Shown here one piece after another: positions 1 through 11,110 of a stretch of DNA of 64,000 nucleotides. Position numbers and translations under genes: made by a program. Source of the stretch: Oikopleura dioica (taxonomy: Eukaryota; Animalia; Chordata); NCBI GenBank assembly GCA_907165135.1, contig OU015568.1, forward strand, positions 16,131,208-16,195,207, written 5' to 3'. The notes beneath the pieces were generated by a model. That model did no database searches. It was not told the origin of the DNA and was given only the letters and a program-made list of their open reading frames with translations. Each line of letters starts with the position of its first letter. The first letter of the stretch is position 1.

Positions 1-598
1 TGGGATAATTGAGGAAAGTACTGGAAGGGAGAGCTATCGACGAATGGGCTACGCGAGGGAAGGGAGCAAATATAGATATTGTAAATATTTATGTAAGTTT
101 TGAATTGAAATTATTTGAAAATAATTTGCTCGTGTTTAATTTTTTCTCAGATGCTGGATCTGCTGCCTTTTCGGTAAGTTATCAACTTTGTAAAAGATTG
201 GGAGTAGGAAGAATAGACGAGTATTCACCACTTCACGTTTTGATTCTATGTGATTGGAAAACTGCCTGGAGTCTTCTTTTCAAACCGATCGAAAGAGACG
301 GAAGAGAGAAAATTGAAGAAGAACTTAAGGTAAGAGCTTGTTTCTGCAATTGAAGAAATATCAAGGCGTGCAATGCTGAGTGGCTCTCGAGAGGAAATCC
401 ATTAACCGAAGAAATCGTAAACGTGTCAAAAATAATTTCTCTAAAGAACACGGCTCCGGATTTTTGCCTGGACGATCCAAATTTAACGAAATCGACGGCA
501 ATGGCGAGTCTCAAGCAAAAACTGACGAGACAGATCAACTTCGACTTCAAAAATGTGACGAAAAGTGTTTTAAACCAAAAAGAAAGTAATCTTTGTGT
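1..598 (+). pseudogene. Kinase-like gene copy 1, 3' exons (1-92, 151-329, 366-598), interrupted by an LTR element
   Basis: Clear paralogy to 18.2-19.7 kb (GYAR.GSK, YAGSAAF, CDWKTAWSLLFKPIE, FCLDDPNLTKS.AMA.LKQKLTRQINFDF). GT-AG introns at 93-150 and 330-365. The frame ends at NQKESNLC-V, at the insertion site. Confidence 0.8.
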
Positions 599-913
599 TA
601 GAGATGTGCTGAATAAGGGTTTCACCAGCGCATAGGCGCACCCGAGCAAATGTCGTAAACTACATGTCCGCGAGTCCTCGGCACAACTCGACACTCTGAT
701 TCTGACACTCTGACTTTTGACACTCTGATACAAAGACAACCAAAAGATACTCCTTCTGAAACACTCCACCTTTTGATACACTCTGCTCTCTCCAGAGATC
801 AATACAATCAACTGTAAACTTAACCGTGTTTGACCATCATGAGGCATGAGCAACTACAGTAGCATAAGGCAACGCCGCCCGGCCAAATATCCAGCACATC
901 CGTTCAACTTCTA
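599..913 (+). repeat. 5' LTR of element 1 (315 bp, TAGAGA...CTTCTA)
   Basis: Matches 6836-7149 apart from a small difference near the 3' end (catccgttc vs catcattc). Contains short internal GACACTCTGA repeats. Confidence 0.9.
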
Positions 914-915
914 TC

Positions 916-922
916 TGGTGAC
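916..922 (+). other. Primer-binding site core TGGTGAC (tRNA-Trp-like)
   Basis: Starts 3 nt after the 5' LTR. Complementary to the ...GUCACCA 3' end of eukaryotic tRNA-Trp. The same heptamer follows the 5' LTR of element 2. Confidence 0.65.
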
Positions 923-937
923 TTCGAGAAAACAACA

Positions 938-2719
938 ATGGTGCCCACAAGTAAGTCAGTAAGGTATGAGATACAAAGACTGAAAATCTATGGAATTCCG
1001 GATGCTCTTATTTCTCAAATAAAAGCTCATTACAAAATCGAATCAAAAAGAAATTTTCAAAGTGGACTCTTTGAATATTTCTTTAACATTCATGGAGAAG
1101 AAATCAGACCGCACTTATTAGCATGTCCTTTTTATCTGAAAGATAAAAATAAAAACGAACCCTACGCGAATCTTTACCTGGCTCTTGCCTTTCCCGACAA
1201 AAATCAAGTAACGGATGACCAATTTATGAAATTATATTCCTATGACGAACTATGGGAAAAAGTTCCGGAGAATATTGACAATATCCCAATATTTGATCCG
1301 AGAAATATTGGAACTGTCGAGAAAAACATCGAAAATTCTTTAGTTTTTCTGTATAAAAGACATATCATTGATAGGAAAACAATTTCAAATTTCAAATTTG
1401 GGCAATCTGATGAAATTTTTGATCCAGCTCAGACAGAAATTAAAACAGAATATTTTGGGGACAAAAGCTCAATAATTTCAATGATTCAATTGACTGATAA
1501 AAACCAATCCAATGCTTCAAAATTTAAGAGAACGAGGGATATTGAAAGTGAAAAATTAGCCAAAATCACAAGGTCTAAAATAAACTCGAACCCCGCGAAA
1601 ATTTCGTATGACATAAATTTTCTTAGTTCTTCTGAAGATGAATCAGATTCTGGGTCATCAGTCATTCAGATGGGAACCGATGGTCCTGGTTCTCGGGGAA
1701 AATATTTTTCAGAAAGAGATGCGTTAGTGAACAACATTGAGCATTCAGAAGAAATGAAAATGAGTCAAATAAAGAAATTTTCGGCTAACGACGATACTGA
1801 TGGCCTGCTCTTGTGGGCGGAAAATCAGATTTTTAATCTAAAATTGCAAAACTGCAATAAGACATTATCTGATAGTGTGATTATAGGCTCTCTTATCTCA
1901 AAAATTGAAAATAGATCAGTAGCAGATGGAATTTCATCGAAATTACAGGATTTACAGAAACGAGGGATGCAAATTACGATAAAGAGATTTACCGCTTTAA
2001 TAGAGGAAATAACTAGAAAAAGTGATGAGCTCATTATGACGGAAATAGAACTTATCAAATTTTATCCTGAAACAGAAACGGTTGATGCATTTTATCGACG
2101 ACTTTTACGCAAAGTAAGAGCTTCGAAAATTTTTCCAGGAGACGGGGGGAAGAAATTTTGCGAAATGAACTTCCGTAAAAAAGTAGTTCAAGATAACAGT
2201 ACGTTCCAAATTTTATCCATGGGATACCAAGGAGAAGAACTTATTCGTTTTACCGAAAACTTCCTTTCTCAAACGAGATTAGCGGATTTAAATAACATCC
2301 ATGTCACAGACTATGGTGGTGAGAACCAAGACTTTTATGATCCTGTGAACGAACAAGATCAATGGCAATTAGGAGGTTATAATAATTATGAGCATTTTTC
2401 TGAAGGTCAGGAAAATTATTGCGCTCCGGAAGGTCAGCGGAACTCACATCAAAGAGCTGGAGATAATTGCGATAGCTTCGCACGAGATCAAAGCGGTGAT
2501 AATTATATTCAGCCTTTCCCAGGGTCAGAGGAAAATCCAAATAGTCAGCATGAATATTATAATAATCTTGAGTATTTCCCGCGAAGAAATAAAATCAAAC
2601 AATGTTATCACTGTTGGAGTAGACTCCATCTAATCAAGGATTGTCCGGACCTTCCACAAAAAGAAGGACAGAATGACAATGAATTCGAACCAGATGCTTT
2701 CCCGTTTAATGCATATTAG
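938..2719 (+). CDS. gag: Gag-like protein (593 aa) with C-terminal CCHC zinc knuckle
   Basis: First ORF after the PBS. Motif CYHCWSRLHLIKDC fits C-x2-C-x4-H-x4-C. Confidence 0.8.
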   Translation: MVPTSKSVRYEIQRLKIYGIPDALISQIKAHYKIESKRNFQSGLFEYFFNIHGEEIRPHLLACPFYLKDKNKNEPYANLYLALAFPDKNQVTDDQFMKLYSYDELWEKVPENIDNIPIFDPRNIGTVEKNIENSLVFLYKRHIIDRKTISNFKFGQSDEIFDPAQTEIKTEYFGDKSSIISMIQLTDKNQSNASKFKRTRDIESEKLAKITRSKINSNPAKISYDINFLSSSEDESDSGSSVIQMGTDGPGSRGKYFSERDALVNNIEHSEEMKMSQIKKFSANDDTDGLLLWAENQIFNLKLQNCNKTLSDSVIIGSLISKIENRSVADGISSKLQDLQKRGMQITIKRFTALIEEITRKSDELIMTEIELIKFYPETETVDAFYRRLLRKVRASKIFPGDGGKKFCEMNFRKKVVQDNSTFQILSMGYQGEELIRFTENFLSQTRLADLNNIHVTDYGGENQDFYDPVNEQDQWQLGGYNNYEHFSEGQENYCAPEGQRNSHQRAGDNCDSFARDQSGDNYIQPFPGSEENPNSQHEYYNNLEYFPRRNKIKQCYHCWSRLHLIKDCPDLPQKEGQNDNEFEPDAFPFNAY

Positions 2720-3259
2720 TATAATTCAATACTGGTGGACAAGTTCTTTTTAATTAGTTATTTGTATTTATATTGAAATAAAATAATAAAGATCTACGGT
2801 TTTAAGAGGGCAAATAAAAAGGCCTTAATTGCTTTATAAAAGGTACATAATGGAACATAGACTTTAAGCGAAAGAAAGAAAATTTGGGTGAGAATTTTCA
2901 TGAAATTCAGATTAAAGATTCTTTTCGGAACAAAAATTATTCAAGATCAGATATCGAAACGTACGGGGCCCAAAGTACAATCAAGGTTTTTTCAAAGGAA
3001 AAACACAACATCGAAGAAATTCCGAATAAAAAAGGTGTTAGCTGACGAGCTAGAATTTTTGAATTTATTTTTTGCCCATCTTTTTCTTTTATTTCTTATG
3101 CGCGCAAGGATCTTAAAAAGGAAGAAATAAGTTAAAAAAAAATACCAAAATGATGTATAAAGATATTCGCATAACCAGAAAAAGAGTTTGCGTTTATTGA
3201 TTTGAGCCAAAGGAAGGCAAATAAAGTAGAGAATTTTTGTCAGCAGGGCACTGACATTA

Positions 3260-5604
<2,345 letters not shown>

Positions 5605-6820
5605 TACCTGTTTAAGCCAAGGAAGGGCTTAATAAATGTTGAAAATGGTCAACATGGAAATTTAAAAAGTAACAGCCATAGAGGGGCTGATAAATTTCGG
5701 TCAACACGGGAGTTGACGCTAGTGCTTAAGCCAAGGAGGGCGAAAATGGGATTAATTGACCCATAAAGGTAAACGGAGAATTTTGTGAAGTGCTAGTAAG
5801 AGCACAAAAAGCCAATAAGGGGCTCAGTTAAAATAAAATTCGGGTCAACAAGAGGAATGAGTTGACGGTCATAAAAATAGCCAGGGGATGGCTACATGTA
5901 AAATTAATAATGACTTTCACTGATGAGTGAGAGGAAATTTATTTTTGAGTATCTTAATATAATAAAATAATAGAATTATCCGCCAGTTCGAGTTTATCAC
6001 AAAAATGCAAAACTATGCCAGAATCCGTAATTGACATCAAAGGACCCATTAAGTTATTATTCTTCAACTTTAAATTTATATATTACTTCCACCGCAAAGT
6101 CATAAAACAATAAAAATAAATTACCGCTTTGCGATTGATCTTGACAATAATTATACACGTAATTGACATCTTAATGGAATGCGTGAAAATGCTTGTCCGG
6201 ACCAATTCATTGATTTAAATTTGCTTTCTGAGACAAAATCAACCCTGTTATATTTTTGTCGGTATAACAGTGTTTTAGACACAATTGTTTATATCCAGGC
6301 TTTAGTTTTAAAACGACATCTGACCTGACTTGTATATAATTTTAATTAATTACTGCACAAACTTTCAACACGAAATATTAAAAAGAAAATGATTGTCTTT
6401 GTTAAAGGCAAATGAAAAAAAAATATCTAAAATGAAAAAGACCGGGAGTTATTCCCGCAACAAAAAAAAAATGAATTAAATCAATAAGAAACTGTATAAT
6501 TCTGATTTTTTTTTGTTAAATTCGCTGTTAATACTTCACTGCAAAATTCTTAATTTTTTAAGATTATAACAACTAATTATTTCTGTTAAAAATATTCAAA
6601 TTTTTTCTGCTTAATTAATCGATAATCTTTTTTAGCTGTCACACATTTATTCTTGTAATGAAAAATTTAATTATCTGTACAAAAATCTTAATTAATTTTG
6701 AATCAAACTCAAATTCTTTGGGAGGGAGGGATAAATGTATCTCAAAAAATCAAAAGAAACGATCAAAAATTGAAGTATCGAATGTCATCACAACGCATCA
6801 AGAAATTCATCAAAAACAAC

Positions 6821-6835
6821 GAAGAGGGGGTTGGA
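6821..6835 (+). other. Polypurine tract of LTR element 1
   Basis: GAAGAGGGGGTTGGA lies immediately before the 3' LTR. Confidence 0.6.
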
Positions 6836-7149
6836 TAGAGATGTGCTGAATAAGGGTTTCACCAGCGCATAGGCGCACCCGAGCAAATGTCGTAAACTAC
6901 ATGTCCGCGAGTCCTCGGCACAACTCGACACTCTGATTCTGACACTCTGACTTTTGACACTCTGATACAAAGACAACCAAAAGATACTCCTTCTGAAACA
7001 CTCCACCTTTTGATACACTCTGCTCTCTCCAGAGATCAATACAATCAACTGTAAACTTAACCGTGTTTGACCATCATGAGGCATGAGCAACTACAGTAGC
7101 ATAAGGCAACGCCGCCCGGCCAAATATCCAGCACATCATTCAACTTCTA
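6836..7149 (+). repeat. 3' LTR of element 1 (314 bp)
   Basis: Direct repeat of 599-913, followed by the GTGT TSD. Confidence 0.9.
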
Positions 7150-7868
7150 GTGTCCCCATTTCAGTTTCAGTTCTTTTGAGATGGGCACTCGAAAATGATT
7201 TGAAAGTTAATGATTTGGAAATGGAAAGTGATTTTACTCTCGAAAAAATCTTCACTCTTCTGACGATGATAATTTATCCGCGCAGTTTGGCTGGCTTCAA
7301 TCTCAACCCAAAAAAAGAAGAACAAGAATTTCAAGAAAACGGAATTAAATTGCTTCTCAGAAGAATGAAATTCAAAACTTATTTGAATAAAAGTGGATGG
7401 GAAATTTTAAAACCACACTCGATAGACGCGAACTTTGATTTTGAAAGAGGTTTTTATAAATACCTAAATTCACCAGTCATAAAATATCTAGTCCTCCTGC
7501 ATCCCAACTTCGCCTTCTCCCGCCCCCTTACTGTCACCGGCGCCTTTCTGAATCCCGACGGGTCAATATTATTCCACCAAATGGTGCTGGACCGAATCGA
7601 AAACTCCGGATTCGTTCTCCAAAACACTTTAATCGCTCATTCCGGCTCTCAAATCAGAATTCCTCTTTCCAGAGAATTCTACGCTTCTTACGAAATGATG
7701 GAAGATTGTTTCAACTTCTACAACGATTTTGTATATTTTGGAGACAACAACGAGTATTTGGATTTAGTCAACGAACAATTTAACATGGAAAGAGAAAAAT
7801 GGTATCTTCTGCCTCAAGCTTATTCAATTACTCTTACTCCGACTCAAAAAGATTCAGTAAGCTTTTAA
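7150..7868 (+). pseudogene. C-terminal exon part of kinase-like gene copy 1: papain-like cysteine-protease domain
   Basis: Continues the frame from 598 once the element and one TSD are removed. Q-x5-C (NQKESNLC) and H-x15-N (FHQMVLDRIENSGFVLQNT) match papain Q19/C25 and H159/N175 spacing. Confidence 0.7.
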
Positions 7869-8544
7869 AGTTCGGATTCAGAAAATCAGCTTCAATCTAG
7901 CTTTTATATTCTAATTTCAATCTCTAGGCGTCAACTTTTCGAAAAGGAAAAAAGAAACTTCAATCAGCAGGCCGCCGCCTCAAAAAGTTTTTTCATTAAA
8001 AGATATTAAATAAAACACTGAAAAGAAAGATAATTTTTATAAAGCTTTATTCTGCACTGCAGAATCTGCAGTAATTATCAAACGTCATAATTACTTTTGA
8101 ATTTTGCCTTTTATTTTCTCTACTCTGCAGTTCGTTTTCGTAAAAATAAATATTCATTTGACATTTTTTAATCATAAATAATATTTATTAAAGAGCCGGG
8201 AAAAGGTAAAATTGCAGCAAAAAGCAATGAAAAAAGTACTATCTTCTCACATCGTAGCGTGAAAACTGTTTCGAAAGCTCTAGCTTCGTATTTCGACTGA
8301 CATCTCCAAGTCGCCTCGAGAGCGAGCCCTTCTTGTCCAGCGTGAAACTCCGCGCCTCCTGGACGTTGCAAACGAGCGATTCTAGCGTCGAAACGGGAAC
8401 TTTGCGTTCGCTCTGTCGGGGGCGCGTTATTTCGTGGCTTTTGCTTCGCTGGGGCGGCGCTGGTTTCTGCGCTTTTCCGTCCTGCTCTTTTATCGGATGC
8501 AGCTTGCGCAGACGATGGCACACCGTCGCACTAGATAGAGCGTA

Positions 8545-8910
8545 TGTAGTGCTTTTATTATTTGGAATGCCTTTTGCATCATGTTTTAAATCGACGCTGA
8601 TCGCGGAGCGCGCTGGGCGCACCTACTACACCATTACAGTACAGCGACACTAGCCTGGCCGCGAGCGCGCGGCCTGTAAAACCAAACTCCTTCGTTTTCC
8701 GTGCTCCTCCTTGGTTTATAATGCTCCTCCTCGGATTTTAAAGCTCCTCCACGGAATTCCGTCCTCCTCCACGGATCTCTATATAAACTGTTCACTGTGC
8801 ACACTTTCTCAGAACACTCACAGAGATAACTTAGAGTGCCAATAAACTACAAAACACAAACTTTTGTTTACTTTTTCTTTGTCCCTTGCAAAATAATAGC
8901 AAGCAGTACA
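8545..8910 (+). repeat. 5' LTR of element 2 (366 bp)
   Basis: TGTAGT...AGTACA termini, TATA-like TATATAAA near 8780, AATAAA at 8841 and four CTCCTCC-containing repeats. Confidence 0.95.
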
Positions 8911-8914
8911 AATT

Positions 8915-8921
8915 TGGTGAC
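8915..8921 (+). other. Primer-binding site core TGGTGAC (tRNA-Trp-like)
   Basis: Starts 5 nt after the 5' LTR. Same heptamer as in element 1. Confidence 0.7.
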
Positions 8922-9238
8922 TGATACAAACGGCGAGAATTTACAGCGACAACAACTGTAAATTACAATTCCCTGAATACGATTGAAAAGAGCTGCTGTC
9001 ACGATCGAAGAGAGCTGCTGTCACGATCGAAGAGAGCTGCTGATACGATTTTTGCTGATTTATTCTAAGGACAGGTTATAAGGTCCTTAATTATCAATTT
9101 ATCCAGGGTAAACCTAAGCAAGCGGAGTTTAACCATAAGTTGAACCACCGACAAGTGAACCTTTAGGATCAGTTTTTGCACTTAAAAACGGACCTATTTT
9201 TTTTTCAAAAAGACTTAATTTTTCTGAACGCTTCAACA

Positions 9239-10585
9239 ATGGCTGAAACTTATTTCAAACTTGTTGTCGATTTGAACAGAACGGAACTCGTGAAAATTTA
9301 CGATTCACTTGATGGGCGAGTCTTCCCAACCCCCATCCCTATAAGTGACAAAGCTTCCGTTGCTGCGAATATCCTTCATTTGGACGACTCTATCCTTGCT
9401 CGCGGAAAGAAATACTTTTTCAAAAAAGACAAAGAAGCCTTTATTGAATATCTACCCACCTTTGCCACTGATCATCCAAATGTTGCAGATTCGGTTGAAC
9501 AAAAATTTGCGAAAAGACATCACCGACTGGATCTCGATCGAATCAAGACATCAAAAGCGGCTAAAGATATTAACTCCTTGATGGCGAACCTACCCATCAC
9601 GGACAGTGACATCGAGGACGAGCTCGATCTTTCCGACGACGAATCTGTCAATGAGGCGGATGCTACGGTTATTCCGAATGCACAGAACACAGATCCTCGC
9701 CCGAATATTAAGAAGGAAAAATCAGAATCAAAGCCACGAGTGCAAAAACCAAAATCTGCAGCGAAATCGGCTCCAACAATGTCGACGCCGATGCGAACAT
9801 CATCAACATTGAAAGTCAAGCCGCCAAAATATGATGGAACTATCCCTATCGCTTCCTGGCTGAAAAACCTCGAAATATACGCCCGCTGCTCAAAATTGCA
9901 AGACAACGAGATAATTACAGTGGCGCTTACTACCTTACTGAATGAGTCAGAAGGAAGTCACATAATCGAGAGCTTGGAAGAAGAAGAACTGAACGACTGG
10001 GCAAAGTTTAAAGAGCGACTTGTCACAATGCTAGGAAAAACAGCGGACTTCTACAAAAGTGAGTTCAAGTCCTACAATCGCGGCTCAGACAGCTTCGGAA
10101 TGTGCCTCAGCAAATTGATTAGCCTCTACAAACAAGGCTATGGTCAGAAAAATCTCGGCGAAAACGACAAATTGCTGATTATTGAGCGTTTTGCTGAAGC
10201 TCAAGATCCGAAAATCCGCGAACTGCTAATGCGAGAGAAATCGGCACTGACCCTTGAAAATATCGCAGTCCGATCGAGTGAAATCGAAAATAGCATGCCC
10301 AAACGTGACCTGAATTTCAGCATCAAAGCTGAATCCAAAAACGACAAAATGCAAGAATACATCAACCAAATGAAGGAGCTCCTCAAGAAAAACTCAAACA
10401 AGGATGACAAAAATCCTAAAAGCAAGAGGAGAGGAAAACGAGCTCGCCTTGATTTCGAGAAACTCAAAGGCCACTGCTTTTCCTACTCCAAAAACAAGAC
10501 ATGCCGGTACAAATCCAACTGCAAGTATGTCCACTCAGACACGGTGCCAAAGGATGTTATGGAGTACATAAACAAATTGGAGTGA
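9239..10585 (+). CDS. gag: Gag with C-terminal CCCH zinc finger
   Basis: First ATG at 9239. Capsid-like region KPPKYDG...WLKNLEIY. CFSYSKNKTCRYKSNCKYVH fits C-x8-C-x5-C-x3-H. Confidence 0.9.
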   Translation: MAETYFKLVVDLNRTELVKIYDSLDGRVFPTPIPISDKASVAANILHLDDSILARGKKYFFKKDKEAFIEYLPTFATDHPNVADSVEQKFAKRHHRLDLDRIKTSKAAKDINSLMANLPITDSDIEDELDLSDDESVNEADATVIPNAQNTDPRPNIKKEKSESKPRVQKPKSAAKSAPTMSTPMRTSSTLKVKPPKYDGTIPIASWLKNLEIYARCSKLQDNEIITVALTTLLNESEGSHIIESLEEEELNDWAKFKERLVTMLGKTADFYKSEFKSYNRGSDSFGMCLSKLISLYKQGYGQKNLGENDKLLIIERFAEAQDPKIRELLMREKSALTLENIAVRSSEIENSMPKRDLNFSIKAESKNDKMQEYINQMKELLKKNSNKDDKNPKSKRRGKRARLDFEKLKGHCFSYSKNKTCRYKSNCKYVHSDTVPKDVMEYINKLE

Positions 10586-11110
10586 CTAGATTGCCCTGAA
10601 AAAGCGAAAATCTTTATGTGTCCAAACTCCAACTCCGCACCTAATAGTCTGAAATTTATTCTTGTCACCGTCGAAAATCTACAGTATCCGGCTATGCTAG
10701 ACACCGGATGCTCTCGTACCTGTATCAAAAGCGACCTTCCTTTCGTTCGAAAAACTGAAAATTCCGATGTTGAACTAATGTGCGCAAATAACGAGATTAT
10801 TCGCCCAAAAACGATGTGCTCTAAAGTGGAACTTCAAATCAACTCACCGGATGGATATTTTACCTTGAATTGCTCGCCTTTGGTGGTTAACGACCTTAGT
10901 GTACCGATTATACTCGGACTCGATTGCTTGAAAAGCTTGTCCTTCAATGCTGGAGAGAATTACGTAACGCTGGAAAATCACAGAGTCAATACAGTAACTC
11001 CAGAAAACGCGTCAAATCTTATCAAAATTTCAGCAATTATTGAAGTGGACCTCAAATCTGAATCAGAAGCCGCTTCACTTAAAAATTCCGAAAAACACGC
11101 GAGTCTCTAG
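10586..11110 (+). CDS. pro: Retropepsin (aspartic protease), in frame with gag past a TGA
   Basis: AMLDTGCSRT active site and IILGLDCL motif. Same frame as gag, with no stop between the gag TGA and the protease. Confidence 0.9.
   Translation, partial: LDCPEKAKIFMCPNSNSAPNSLKFILVTVENLQYPAMLDTGCSRTCIKSDLPFVRKTENSDVELMCANNEIIRPKTMCSKVELQINSPDGYFTLNCSPLVVNDLSVPIILGLDCLKSLSFNAGENYVTLENHRVNTVTPENASNLIKISAIIEVDLKSESEAASLKNSEKHASL

Noticed and set aside
233-853. 206-aa minus-strand ORF and its 100-aa twin at 6788-7090
   Set aside because: Antisense read through the LTR and flanking kinase exon; no recognisable protein features.
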